Positions 38,416 to 48,555 of a DNA stretch of 62,216 bases are shown piece by piece (positions within the stretch are counted from its first letter, which is position 1; every line of letters begins with the position of its first letter). The translations under genes were made by a program, and so were the position numbers. Under the pieces are notes generated by a model, which was not told the DNA's origin, ran no database searches, and worked only from the letters and a program-made list of their open reading frames with translations. Source of the DNA: an uncultured Bacilli bacterium. GTDB taxonomy: Bacteria; Bacillota_I; Bacilli_A; RF39; UBA660. The stretch covers positions 1 through 62,216 of the forward strand of contig CALVRN010000006.1 of the NCBI GenBank assembly GCA_944358675.1, written 5' to 3'.

Positions 38416-39144
38416 ATGCACGAAAGTGTTGATATAATTAAAATCAAAACCAAAGCTAGAAAAAGTTTAACAGGAAAATATACCGATGTTGTAATTGCTA
38501 TTTTAATTTATGGGCTTTTAATGGGTATGTGTTACGCCACTGCAGCATTTATAAAAGAACCTCCAATGATAATTTTTTTGGGATTAATTATCACTAGTTT
38601 ATTTTATATGGGACTACTTCAAATAATGATAAAAATAGCTCGTAATAAAAAAACATCATTTAATGAATTATTTCAAAGAACAGATACTTTCTTTAGATGT
38701 GCAGCAATAACAATTGTCTTTATTGCTATTAATGCTGTATGTGCACTATTAGAATTCACAGCTATTAATTCATTATCCGTTTTCATTTCATATCAAACAG
38801 ATTTAAACATTGCTTTATCATCATTTATGATAGTGGTGGGAATTATTTTAAGTGCAGCTATTATGGTTTTTTGGATTGTATTATTGTTATGTCTTTCCCA
38901 AAGCTATTTTATATTATATGATAATGAAGATATGCCCCTAGGAGATATCTTTAGATTGAGTATGGATATGATGGATGGACATAAAACCGACTATTTACTT
39001 TTATGTTTAAGCTTTGTAGGATGGATATTTTTAGGAATATTCACCATGGGAATTTTGTATTTATGGTTAATTCCTTATATGGGGGTTAGTATGGTTAACT
39101 TCTATGATAAAATAAAAAGAGATGTTAAAATAATCGATGAATAA
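38416..39144 (+). CDS. DUF975 family membrane protein
   Basis: LSFVGW...TMGILYLWLIPY...FY motif. Confidence 0.85.
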   Translation: MHESVDIIKIKTKARKSLTGKYTDVVIAILIYGLLMGMCYATAAFIKEPPMIIFLGLIITSLFYMGLLQIMIKIARNKKTSFNELFQRTDTFFRCAAITIVFIAINAVCALLEFTAINSLSVFISYQTDLNIALSSFMIVVGIILSAAIMVFWIVLLLCLSQSYFILYDNEDMPLGDIFRLSMDMMDGHKTDYLLLCLSFVGWIFLGIFTMGILYLWLIPYMGVSMVNFYDKIKRDVKIIDE

Positions 39145-39237
39145 AGTCATTACAAGTGACTTTTTCTTTTAAAAAAATATAAAGGTGGAAAAAAACACCT
39201 TTTTCTGATATAATCTTTTATTGATTGGAGGCATAAT

Positions 39238-40041
39238 ATGAGTAAAGTTGCAGCTATAATTAATAATATAGATGAGGCTAAAAATATACAAAACTATATT
39301 AATGCCTATCTTTTACCTCTTAAAGATTTAAGTATTAATTATATTCATACATTTTCACTAGAAGAAATAATAGAAATAAAAAAACTAAATAAAGAAATTT
39401 TTGCCATTATAAACAAAAATATTCATAATAATGAATTAAAAAAATTAGAAAAAGCTTTAAAAGAAATAGAAAAACTAAACATTAATGGAATCATTTTCTA
39501 TGACATCGCCCTAGTTAACTTAAAACAAAAGTTAAATTTAAAAACCCCATTAGTATGGAACCAAGAACATTTAACTACCAATTATGGAACAGTAAATTAT
39601 TGGTATAACAAAGGGATAGAATATGCTTATTTATCTTCAGAACTAACTAAAAGAGAAATAGATGAGATAAAAAATAATACAAAAGCTAAATTATTTGTTA
39701 ATATATTTGGTTATATTCCAATGTTTACTTCTAGAAGACATTTGGTCAAAAACTATTTAGAAACCTTTAATTTAGATAGTAAACAAAATAATACAATTAA
39801 AAAAGAAGGAAAAACATATCCTATCAATGATACTAATTTAGGTACAACAGTTTATTCAGATTATATTTTAAATGCAGTAAATCTTGATTTTTCAAACATT
39901 GATTACTTAGTTTTTAATAGTAATTTAATAGATAATAAAGATTTTGAAGAGGTATTAAAAGACTTTAAAGAAAACAAAGAAAATAAATTTTTAAAAGAAA
40001 CAGGTTTTCTATATAAAGAAACAATATATAAGGTGAAGTAA
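39238..40041 (+). CDS. trhP1: U32 family tRNA hydroxylation protein (YrrN-like)
   Basis: HLTTNY, LSSEL, MFTSRRHLVKNY; directly upstream of yrrO. Confidence 0.8.
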   Translation: MSKVAAIINNIDEAKNIQNYINAYLLPLKDLSINYIHTFSLEEIIEIKKLNKEIFAIINKNIHNNELKKLEKALKEIEKLNINGIIFYDIALVNLKQKLNLKTPLVWNQEHLTTNYGTVNYWYNKGIEYAYLSSELTKREIDEIKNNTKAKLFVNIFGYIPMFTSRRHLVKNYLETFNLDSKQNNTIKKEGKTYPINDTNLGTTVYSDYILNAVNLDFSNIDYLVFNSNLIDNKDFEEVLKDFKENKENKFLKETGFLYKETIYKVK

Positions 40042-40042
40042 T

Positions 40043-41224
40043 ATGAAAAAACCAGAGTTATTAGCTCCAGCAGGAGATTTAGAAAGATTAAAAATAGCTT
40101 TATTATATGGCGCGGATGCGGTATATATAGGTGGTGCATTTAATTTAAGAGCCAATGCCGACAATTTCAAATTAGAAGAAATTAAAGAAGGTGTAGACTA
40201 TGCCCATAAATTAAATAAGAAAGTTTATGTAACAGTAAATATAGCAATGCATAATAAAGAATTAGAAAAAATAAAGGACTATTTATTTAAACTAGATGAA
40301 ATAGGCATTGATGCCATTATAGTTAGTGATCCTGCAATTATTAAAATTGCTAAAGAGACAAATTTAGAAATACATCTTTCAACCCAAGCTTCAACCTTAA
40401 ATAAAGAAGCTATAGAATTTTGGAAAAAAGAAGGAGTAACTAGAATAGTTTTAGCTAGAGAATGCAGCAAAGAAGATATTATAGATATTAAAAATAATAT
40501 TGATATCGAATTAGAAGTATTTATTCATGGAGCCATGTGCGCATCATATAGTGGAAGGTGTGTCCTTTCAAACTTTCTAACCAATAGAGATTCCAATAGA
40601 GGTGGATGTAGTCAAATATGCCGTTGGGACTTTGATTTATATGATGAAAATAAACATTTAGAAGGGGAAAAACCTTTTACTTTTTGTACCAAAGATTTAT
40701 CAATGGCAAATCATATCCCAGAATTAATTAATATAGGTGTAGATAGTTTAAAAATAGAAGGACGTATGCGTTCAATTTATTATATCGCCACTGTTGTCAA
40801 AGTATATAGAAAATTAATTGATGATTATTGTCACAATTCTAAAAATTATGAATATAATTTAAAATATGAAGGCATATTAAGAAGGGTAGCTAATCGTGAC
40901 TCCATCACTCAATTTTTTGATGGAAACTTTGGGAAAGATGTTCAATATTATAATGGTAGACAAGAAATAACTAATCAAGATTTCCTAGGACTAGTATTAG
41001 AATATGATGAAAATATGAAACTCGCTAAACTTGAGCAAAGAAACTACTTCAAAAAAGGCGATAAAGTAGAAATATTTGGTCCAAATAAAACCTTCAAATT
41101 CATAGTTCAAGAAATATATGATGAAGATAAAAATCCTATAGATATTGTTAGACATCCTAAACAAATAGTATATCTAAAAGTGCCTGAAAAAGTAAGTGCA
41201 AACGATATGATGAAAATATGTTGA
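40043..41224 (+). CDS. trhP2: U32 family tRNA hydroxylation protein (YrrO-like)
   Basis: KPELLAPAG, HGAMCASYSGRC, NRGGCSQICR, SLKIEGRM. Confidence 0.92.
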   Translation: MKKPELLAPAGDLERLKIALLYGADAVYIGGAFNLRANADNFKLEEIKEGVDYAHKLNKKVYVTVNIAMHNKELEKIKDYLFKLDEIGIDAIIVSDPAIIKIAKETNLEIHLSTQASTLNKEAIEFWKKEGVTRIVLARECSKEDIIDIKNNIDIELEVFIHGAMCASYSGRCVLSNFLTNRDSNRGGCSQICRWDFDLYDENKHLEGEKPFTFCTKDLSMANHIPELINIGVDSLKIEGRMRSIYYIATVVKVYRKLIDDYCHNSKNYEYNLKYEGILRRVANRDSITQFFDGNFGKDVQYYNGRQEITNQDFLGLVLEYDENMKLAKLEQRNYFKKGDKVEIFGPNKTFKFIVQEIYDEDKNPIDIVRHPKQIVYLKVPEKVSANDMMKIC

Positions 41225-41284
41225 CAAAGCATAAAATATGTAGTAATATTTTATGGAGTAAATAGAAAACTGAGGTGAAAAACA

Positions 41285-41755
41285 ATGACAAATACAGATG
41301 AAGTTTATGTAACTGAACAAGGTTTAGAAGACATGAAAAAAGAACTAGAATACCTAAAAATGGAAAAGAGACCGGCAGTTATTGAAGCTTTAAAAGAAGC
41401 CAGAGCCTTGGGCGATTTAAGTGAGAATGCCGAATACGATGCAGCTAGAAATGAACAATCAGAAACTGAAAATCGTATAGCCACTTTAGAAAAACAAATA
41501 GAAAAAGCAATCGTTATTAAAAACGTTCAAACCGATAAAGTTTCAGTTGGTAACACTGTTGAATTAGAATATGTTGGTGATAATGATACTGACACTTACA
41601 CTATCGTTGGTGTTAAAGAAGCAGATCCATTTGCTAACAAAATTTCTAATGAATCACCAATTGCTAAAGCAATTATGGGTGCTAAAGTTGGCGATGTAGC
41701 TACTGTTGCCAGCCCAAATGGTGAATACCAAGTTAAAATTGTAGCTATAAGCTAA
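41285..41755 (+). CDS. greA: Transcription elongation factor GreA
   Basis: GDLSENAEYDAA, ISNESPIAKA. Confidence 0.98.
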   Translation: MTNTDEVYVTEQGLEDMKKELEYLKMEKRPAVIEALKEARALGDLSENAEYDAARNEQSETENRIATLEKQIEKAIVIKNVQTDKVSVGNTVELEYVGDNDTDTYTIVGVKEADPFANKISNESPIAKAIMGAKVGDVATVASPNGEYQVKIVAIS

Positions 41756-41908
41756 GGACTATTATGTCCTTTTTTTCATATAAAAATATGATTAATTATT
41801 TAGTAATTGATAACAGTAAAATAAGAAATAAATATCGTTGGAAAAGCATATTAGCATATTTGAAGGAAAATTAGAATAAAAAAAACAATCAAATATTTAC
41901 TTGTTCGC

Positions 41909-41937
41909 TTGTATAACTATTCGTTATATTATATAAT
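41909..41937 (+). promoter_or_regulatory. sigma-A promoter of putative toxin mRNA
   Basis: TTGTAT-17-TATAAT. Confidence 0.65.
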
Positions 41938-41992
41938 TTATATAGGGGATACATTAACAGTTGAGTGCTTGCCTCCGAAAGGAGGTGGTGAA

Positions 41993-42067
41993 ATGACTAA
42001 AAAAGATTTTTTAATCTTTGCTTTAATCATTATCATCCTTCTACTTATAATTTTATTATTTCAATAA
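41993..42067 (+). CDS. Putative type I toxin, 24-aa membrane peptide MTKKDFLIFALIIIILLLIILLFQ
   Basis: Strong AGGAGGTG RBS locked in CCTCC-GAAA-GGAGG hairpin; single hydrophobic helix; convergent antisense unit. Confidence 0.75.
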   Translation: MTKKDFLIFALIIIILLLIILLFQ

Positions 42068-42076
42068 TGAATTATA

Positions 42077-42193
42077 AAAAGAAAAAGCACTCAATTTACA
42101 TTCAGTAGATTAAGTGCAAACCCAATTTGGGCAAGTACTCAACATGAGCATGTTAAGTATTCCCGTTTTTATTTTATGAGAAATCTCTCATCC
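42077..42193 (-). ncRNA. Putative antisense antitoxin RNA (about 115 nt)
   Basis: Minus-strand TTGAAA-17-TATGAT promoter with TG extension (about 42200-42228); terminator GCACTTAAT...ATTGAGTGC-TTTTTCTTTT at 42077-42117; overlaps toxin 3' UTR. Confidence 0.65.
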
Positions 42194-42249
42194 ATATACA
42201 TCATAACATAAAATTAATTTTTTTTCAATATTTACAAAATTAATTTCTC

Positions 42250-42278
42250 TTGACTTCTGGTTATATTCCATTTACAAT
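42250..42278 (+). promoter_or_regulatory. sigma-A promoter of rny
   Basis: TTGACT-17-TACAAT. Confidence 0.65.
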
Positions 42279-42314
42279 AGAATTAGGGAGGAAGTTCCCG
42301 TATGGAGGTTAAAT

Positions 42315-43868
42315 ATGAATAATATTGTGTTCTCCATATTGCTAATCTTAATTGGCCTTTTTGTTGGTATTATCTTTATGATAATTTTAAATTCTATTAA
42401 ATTAATGAATGCTTCTAAAAAAGTTCAAAATTTGCTTGATAATGCAAAAAAAGAAGCAGATAAATTAAAAAGAGATAGTATTTTAGAAGCTAAAGAAGAA
42501 AATCATAGATTAAAAGCTGAATTAGATAAAGAAACAAAAGAAAAGAAACAAGAAATTAAAGACTCCGAAGACCGTCTTTTAGCACGTGAAGAGAGTATGG
42601 ACCGCCGAGACCAAACCCTCCAAAATCGCGAGCAAATGCTAGAAGATAAAGAAAACAATTTGATACTTAAGCAAAAAGAAATTCAAGAAAAGCAAATGGA
42701 GTTAGAAGAAACAAAAAATGAACAATTAAAATTATTAGAAAAAATTGCTGGTTATACAAAAAAACAAGCAAGAGAACTAATAATGAAAAAAGTCGAAGAT
42801 ATGATGAATTTAGAAATAACTTCATATATCAAAGATCGTGAGGCTGAAGCAAAACTTCAAGCCGACAAAAACTCTAAAGAAATGTTAGTTGGAGCAATGC
42901 AAAGATATGCTGCCGATATAGCTGGAGAACAAACAGTTACTGTAGTTACTCTACCAAACGATGAAATGAAAGGTCGAATTATTGGTAGAGAAGGAAGAAA
43001 CATTAGAACAATTGAAGCTGTGACAGGGGTTGATTTAATTATTGATGATACTCCAGAAGCTTTAGTTCTATCAAGTTTTGACCCATATAGAAGAGAAATA
43101 GCTAGACTTACTCTAGAAACATTAATTAAAGATGGTAGAATTCATCCTAGTCGTATTGAAGAGGTTTACGATAAAACCGTTAAAGAAATGAAAGCTAATT
43201 TAATTGAAATCGGTAATAATGCCTTATTTGAATTAGGTATTACTAAAATGGAACCTGAGTTAGTTGAAACTATTGGTAAATTACAATTTAGAACAAGTTA
43301 TGGACAAAATGCCTTAAAACATTCATTAGAAGTTGCTAATTTAGCAGGACTTTTGGCTGGTGAATTGGGTGAAAATATAACATTAGCTAAAAGAGCAGGA
43401 CTTTTACATGATATTGGTAAAGCAATCGACCACGAAGTTGAAGGTAGCCATGTTGAATTAGGCGCTAATTTAGCTAGAAAATATGGTGAAAATGAAATAG
43501 TCATCAATGCTATTGAATCCCATCATGGCGATACTGAACCAACTAGTGTTATTAGTACTCTTGTTGCTATTGCTGATACTCTTTCAGCATCAAGACCAGG
43601 AGCTAGAAATGATTCATTAGAAAATTATATCAAAAGATTAACTGAACTTGAAGAAATTGGTAATGATGTCGAAGGTGTCGAAAAAGCCTATGCTGTTCAA
43701 GCTGGTAGAGAATTAAGGGTAATAGTAAAACCAGAAGAAATAGATGACTTAGAAAGTCATAAGATTGCCCGTGACATTAAAAATAAAATCGAAGAAAACT
43801 TACAATATCCTGGAACTATTAAAGTTGTTGTTGTAAGAGAAACTAGAGTGACTGAAGAAGCAAAATAA
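42315..43868 (+). CDS. rny: Ribonuclease Y
   Basis: N-terminal TM, coiled coil, [14 protein letters not shown] domain, LLHDIGK HD domain. Confidence 0.98.
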   Translation: MNNIVFSILLILIGLFVGIIFMIILNSIKLMNASKKVQNLLDNAKKEADKLKRDSILEAKEENHRLKAELDKETKEKKQEIKDSEDRLLAREESMDRRDQTLQNREQMLEDKENNLILKQKEIQEKQMELEETKNEQLKLLEKIAGYTKKQARELIMKKVEDMMNLEITSYIKDREAEAKLQADKNSKEMLVGAMQRYAADIAGEQTVTVVTLPNDEMKGRIIGREGRNIRTIEAVTGVDLIIDDTPEALVLSSFDPYRREIARLTLETLIKDGRIHPSRIEEVYDKTVKEMKANLIEIGNNALFELGITKMEPELVETIGKLQFRTSYGQNALKHSLEVANLAGLLAGELGENITLAKRAGLLHDIGKAIDHEVEGSHVELGANLARKYGENEIVINAIESHHGDTEPTSVISTLVAIADTLSASRPGARNDSLENYIKRLTELEEIGNDVEGVEKAYAVQAGRELRVIVKPEEIDDLESHKIARDIKNKIEENLQYPGTIKVVVVRETRVTEEAK

Positions 43869-44035
43869 TGCTTCTTTTTTATTTACACTTTTCGCGAAAA
43901 ATGAAAATCTTTGGAGAATGTGGTAATTAATCAAATAAAACAAGTCATAAAACAATCCTATAAGAAACATAATCTAATAAAAAACTTATTACCTTTACAC
44001 TTTTAAAAAATATGGAAATCTTTGAAGAAAATTAC

Positions 44036-44419
44036 TTATATAGTAGGGTTTTCATTAGAAGTTATATTACTTCCAGATTTAATTCCTACATAAAGTACAA
44101 TTAAAGCCGCAATAAAATTAAACAAACTCGCATCTATTTGCAAATCCGCAAACTCATCTTCTAAATTATATTTCTCCTTAACACTTTTATCTCTAATATT
44201 AATATAAATAAAGATAGCTGCAACAACAAACATAACAGTCCTATTAAAAAGCAAAATATCATAGCTTTCTTTCTCAGTATAAATTGTTTTTTTATCCTCA
44301 AGTCCAAGTAAAAAATTATATGATAGAGAAATAGATATAATTGTTGTGAAAAGTAATATAACTGATAACACGATTTGAACTTTAACAAGCTCCGCTTCTT
44401 CTAAATTGTAATTTGTCAT
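44036..44419 (-). CDS. Hypothetical membrane protein (3 TM)
   Basis: ATGA overlap with upstream deacetylase gene. Confidence 0.75.
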   Translation of the reverse strand: MTNYNLEEAELVKVQIVLSVILLFTTIISISLSYNFLLGLEDKKTIYTEKESYDILLFNRTVMFVVAAIFIYINIRDKSVKEKYNLEDEFADLQIDASLFNFIAALIVLYVGIKSGSNITSNENPTI

Positions 44420-45648
44420 TCACTTTCCCTTAATTTTTTAAGTTCTAAAAGTTCACTAACTGTCACAAATTTGTAACCTTGTTTTTTCAAATTTGAAATG
44501 ATGTCCTCCAAAGCATTTAAAGAATACTCGTGATTATCATGCATTAAAATAATACTTCCGCTTTTGACATTTGGCAAAACATTTTTCAAAATTTTATCTT
44601 TAGTTTTAACTTGCCAATCTCTAGAATCCACATCCCATAAAACAAATTTTAAATCAGTATAACTTTTTAAGGTGTTAGTATAACCACCATATGTTGGTCT
44701 AAATAAAGTTGGAGAAAAACCTGTTACACGTTTAATAGCTTCTTGTGTTTTATTTATCTCTTCTTGAAATTCTTCCTTAGATAACCTTGTAAGTAATTTA
44801 TGATCATAAGAATGATTTCCTATTTCACTTCCTTCCTTAAGCATCCTTATCAAAGTGTCGCCATAAAAATCCACCTTGTTTCCTATTAAAAAGAAAGTCC
44901 CACATGCATTATATTTTTTCAAAACATCCAAAATCTTTTCTGTATACTTACTAGGTCCATCATCAAAAGTAAGTGCAACCACCTTATCATCCAGTGAAAC
45001 ATTTCTTTTCTTTATAGATAAATAAGTATCATTTCCTTCATTTTTATCAATATCTACTAGCATTTTTAAACTATCTAAAGGAATATCTAAATAAATAAGT
45101 TCATCGTGTTTACTCTTAATCTCCGCCGGATTAAAATATAAAGTTAAATTTTCATCATCTATTGTAAAATAATCATAACTAACATTACTTAAATAATCCA
45201 TATCCGCATCTTGGTATTTTTCTAAAAGCTCTTTTTTTATTTCATAATCTAAGCCATTTAAATCCTCAACTAAATCTTCCATTGATAAAAACTTATCATT
45301 TGTTTTATTGTAAGTAAAAGTCTTAATCTTATTTATTACTTTATCAGTAACTATTTCCGTTTGTAAACTTACATTGATAATATCATTATTTATTTCTTTA
45401 TATGTATAAGAAATATTAAGTTCTGGTGTAGAAGAAGACTTCATATTTTTAAAATTATAATATGTTTGATTAACATACGCACTAATTTTGTCATCCAAAA
45501 CATTTATATTAGTAACCGGGTAGTTAATTGACACAAATCCATCTTCCGCATTTATATAACTTTCGACACTTTTTTCTTTTTCACAGCCACAAAGTAATAA
45601 AATAATTATCAATAGCACAATTATTTTTTTCATCAAAACCACCCTCAA
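44416..45648 (-). CDS. Polysaccharide (peptidoglycan) deacetylase, PdaC-like lipoprotein
   Basis: ALTFDDGP, GNHSYDH, FRPTYG, ILMHD; LCGC lipobox. Confidence 0.92.
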   Translation of the reverse strand: MRVVLMKKIIVLLIIILLLCGCEKEKSVESYINAEDGFVSINYPVTNINVLDDKISAYVNQTYYNFKNMKSSSTPELNISYTYKEINNDIINVSLQTEIVTDKVINKIKTFTYNKTNDKFLSMEDLVEDLNGLDYEIKKELLEKYQDADMDYLSNVSYDYFTIDDENLTLYFNPAEIKSKHDELIYLDIPLDSLKMLVDIDKNEGNDTYLSIKKRNVSLDDKVVALTFDDGPSKYTEKILDVLKKYNACGTFFLIGNKVDFYGDTLIRMLKEGSEIGNHSYDHKLLTRLSKEEFQEEINKTQEAIKRVTGFSPTLFRPTYGGYTNTLKSYTDLKFVLWDVDSRDWQVKTKDKILKNVLPNVKSGSIILMHDNHEYSLNALEDIISNLKKQGYKFVTVSELLELKKLRESE

Positions 45649-46022
45649 ACAAGTATATGTTTAGCAAAAAAAAATATACATAAAAAGCGAACATTTTACC
45701 TTTCGCACTTACAAAATATCCATCAATTTCAAAAAAACAAAAAACGTAAAAATCAAAAAAACAAAAAAACAGAAAATTTAAAAAAAGTTATTTTAATCAA
45801 AAAACAAAAAAAGAAAAGAAAAATATAAAAACTATAAAAAGCATTATAAAATAAAGGAAAAAATCAAAATAAAAAAACGTACAGAGGACACCAATATTTT
45901 AAAAAAATTAAAAATCACAAAAACGTAAAACTTTACAAAATAAATTTTTTTGAATTTTCCTTTAAAAATAAAGGACTGTCAAAAGCCACTGAAAAAAGTT
46001 TTAAAAAAACGAACATTTTCTA

Positions 46023-46051
46023 TTGACTCAAGCTATCTAGCGGTATATAAT
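46023..46051 (+). promoter_or_regulatory. sigma-A promoter of nrdD with possible NrdR box in spacer
   Basis: TTGACT-17-TATAAT; spacer CAAGCTATCTAGCG partly matches the NrdR consensus CACWATATATWGTG. Confidence 0.6.
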
Positions 46052-46077
46052 CAAGTTAGAAAATATGGGAGGTACTT

Positions 46078-48375
46078 ATGACAATTGAAGAAGAAAAATT
46101 AGATTACCTGACTGTTATTAAACGAAGTGGTAAAAAAGTAGCTTGGAACGGTACAAAAATCGCTCTAGCTATTAAAAAGGCTTTTGATAGTCTAGAAAAA
46201 GATGAAGAAAATCATTATTCTGAAAAGGATGTAAACAAAGTTTATAATGCTGTTATTAAACACATTGAAAAAGATTATAAAAATGAAGAAAAGATCAAAA
46301 TTGAAGCAATACAAGATTTAATAGAAGCTGAACTTCAAAAACAAGGTTATCCAGATGTATATAAAGCATTTGCTGATTACCGTGAAAGAAGAAACATTTC
46401 AAGACAAGTTTTCTTTGGTGAAAAGAAACAACACAAATTTTTAAAAGCTCTAGAAAGCTTGGGACTAAAATCTGCATCTGAAGTAAATGACAAAAGGGAA
46501 AATGCCAATGTTGATGGTGATACAGCTATGGGTACAATGCTTCAGTATGGATCTACAGTTTCTAAAGAATTTGCCAAAGCATATTTAATGAAACCAAGAT
46601 TTGCTGAAGCTCATGATAATGGTGACATTCACATTCATGACATGGACTTTTTACCAATGGGAACAACAACTTGTTGCCAAATCGATTTAAATAAATTATT
46701 CAAAAATGGCTTTTCAACAGGACATGGTTATTTGAGACAACCAAAAGACATTATCAGTTATACAGCTTTAGCCGCTATAGCTATTCAAGCAAACCAAAAT
46801 GATCAGCACGGTGGTCAAGCCATCCCAGCCTTTGATTATTATATGGCACCAGGTGTTCTTGCAACTTTCAAAAAACAATTAAAACAAGCAATTTACGATT
46901 ATCTTGATTTAACTGATTTAGAATACTATATAAATATGGATAGAGTAGCCAAAGAAATCGATAAAATTAAAACTATTGAAATTGACTTAAGTATGTTTGA
47001 TCCATTCACAAAAGATTCAGAGCAAGTAAAAAGGTTATTTAAAAAAGCCTATGAAAAAGCTTATGAAAAAACCGATAGACAAACATATCAAGCTATGGAA
47101 GCATTTATTCATAACTTAAATACCATGCATTCAAGAGCTGGTGCTCAAGTTCCATTTTCATCAATTAATTTTGGAACTGATACATCACCAGAAGGAAGAA
47201 TGGTTATGAAAAATTACTTGTTAGCCACTGATGCTGGATTAGGTAATCATGAAACTCCAATATTCCCAATATCAATATTCAAAGTAAAAGAAGGAGTTAA
47301 TTATAATAAGGAAGATCCAAACTATGATTTATTTAGATTAGCTTGCGAAGTGTCAGCAAAAAGATTATTTCCAAACTTCTCATTTATAGATGCTCCATTT
47401 AATCTAGAATATTATGACCCAAATAATTTTGAAACCGAAGTAGGTTATATGGGATGTAGAACAAGAGTTTTGGCAGACATTACATCAGATTATCCAGTAA
47501 CCCCAGGTAGAGGAAATCTATCATTCACATCTATTAACTTACCAAGATTAGGTATTAAACACGGAATTGTCAGTGGAGAAACAGATTTAGATGGCTTTTT
47601 CAAAGAATTAGAAGATTTAATGGACTTGGTAAAAGATCAATTACTCGAAAGATTTGAAATTCAATGTTCAAAAAGAATATACAATTTCCCATTCTTGTTA
47701 GGTCAAGGTGTATGGATGGATAGTGAAAAATTAAAACCAAATGATAGATTAAGAAAAGTCTTAAAACATGGCACATTAACAATAGGGTTTATTGGTTTAG
47801 CTGAATGCTTAAAAGCTTTAATAGGTAAACATCATGGAGAAAGTGAAGAAGCACAAGAATTAGGATTAAAAATAATTGGATTTATGAGAAAGAAGTTAGA
47901 TGAATACTCTAAAGAATATAATTTAAATTTCTCATTAATTGCAACCCCAGCTGAAGGTTTATCAGGTAGATTTACTAATATCGATAAAGCTATATATGGA
48001 AAAATAAAAGGAGTTACTGATAGAGAATATTACACTAACTCATTCCATGTACCAGTTTATTATAATATATCAGCTGTCAAAAAAATACAACTTGAAGCTC
48101 CATATCATGCCTTTACTAATGGCGGACATATTACATATGTTGAATTAGATGGTGATACAGCTATGAATGTTGATGCATTTGAACAAATAATAAGAGTTAT
48201 GCATGATAATGGTATTGGTTATGGCGCAATCAATCACCCAGTAGATAGAGATCCAGTATGTGGTTATACCGGTGTTATTGGTGATTTTTGTCCGGGATGT
48301 GGACGTAAGGAAGGCGAAGGCGTTCCAATGGAAAGAATAAAAAACGCAAGTTTAAACACTTGTGGTGGAAGATAG
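46078..48375 (+). CDS. nrdD: Anaerobic (class III) ribonucleotide reductase, large part lacking the glycyl-radical loop
   Basis: ATP cone VIKRSG, IHIHD, TTCCQI, YMGCRT, ATPAEGL, YYTNSFH, DPVC/CPGC; no RxxGY motif before the stop. Confidence 0.95.
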   Translation: MTIEEEKLDYLTVIKRSGKKVAWNGTKIALAIKKAFDSLEKDEENHYSEKDVNKVYNAVIKHIEKDYKNEEKIKIEAIQDLIEAELQKQGYPDVYKAFADYRERRNISRQVFFGEKKQHKFLKALESLGLKSASEVNDKRENANVDGDTAMGTMLQYGSTVSKEFAKAYLMKPRFAEAHDNGDIHIHDMDFLPMGTTTCCQIDLNKLFKNGFSTGHGYLRQPKDIISYTALAAIAIQANQNDQHGGQAIPAFDYYMAPGVLATFKKQLKQAIYDYLDLTDLEYYINMDRVAKEIDKIKTIEIDLSMFDPFTKDSEQVKRLFKKAYEKAYEKTDRQTYQAMEAFIHNLNTMHSRAGAQVPFSSINFGTDTSPEGRMVMKNYLLATDAGLGNHETPIFPISIFKVKEGVNYNKEDPNYDLFRLACEVSAKRLFPNFSFIDAPFNLEYYDPNNFETEVGYMGCRTRVLADITSDYPVTPGRGNLSFTSINLPRLGIKHGIVSGETDLDGFFKELEDLMDLVKDQLLERFEIQCSKRIYNFPFLLGQGVWMDSEKLKPNDRLRKVLKHGTLTIGFIGLAECLKALIGKHHGESEEAQELGLKIIGFMRKKLDEYSKEYNLNFSLIATPAEGLSGRFTNIDKAIYGKIKGVTDREYYTNSFHVPVYYNISAVKKIQLEAPYHAFTNGGHITYVELDGDTAMNVDAFEQIIRVMHDNGIGYGAINHPVDRDPVCGYTGVIGDFCPGCGRKEGEGVPMERIKNASLNTCGGR

Positions 48376-48387
48376 GAGGAAATTAAA

Positions 48388-48555
48388 ATGAAAGCAGATG
48401 AAAAAAAAGTAGGAGAAGGAGTTAAATTCGAAAGAATTAGAAGAATTACTGGTTATTTAGTAGGAACTACAGATAGATTTAACAATGCCAAAAGATCTGA
48501 AGAACATGATCGTGTAAAACATAGTACTGCTGGTCTTATGAAAGCCGCTAAATAA
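48388..48555 (+). CDS. Separate 55-aa NrdD glycyl-radical segment MKADEKKVGEGVKFERIRRITGYLVGTTDRFNNAKRSEEHDRVKHSTAGLMKAAK
   Basis: RRITGYL and DRVKH NrdD C-terminal motifs; own AGGAGG RBS 8 nt before ATG; TAATG overlap with nrdG. Confidence 0.9.
   Translation: MKADEKKVGEGVKFERIRRITGYLVGTTDRFNNAKRSEEHDRVKHSTAGLMKAAK

Noticed and set aside
41945-42170. 6S RNA, suggested by 5'-3' end pairing and position next to rny
   Set aside because: The interior does not form a continuous rod; it holds a strong RBS, a hydrophobic ORF and an antisense promoter/terminator, which fit a type I toxin-antitoxin locus better
43881-44029. Degenerate CRISPR array
   Set aside because: Only two imperfect local copies, spacer about 75 bp, no cas genes
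4241-48375. Stop-codon reassignment explaining in-frame stops in mob (TAA) and nrdD (TAG)
   Set aside because: TAA, TAG and TGA all end conserved genes at expected positions (hbs TAA, der TAG, trhP2 TGA) and RF2 is present
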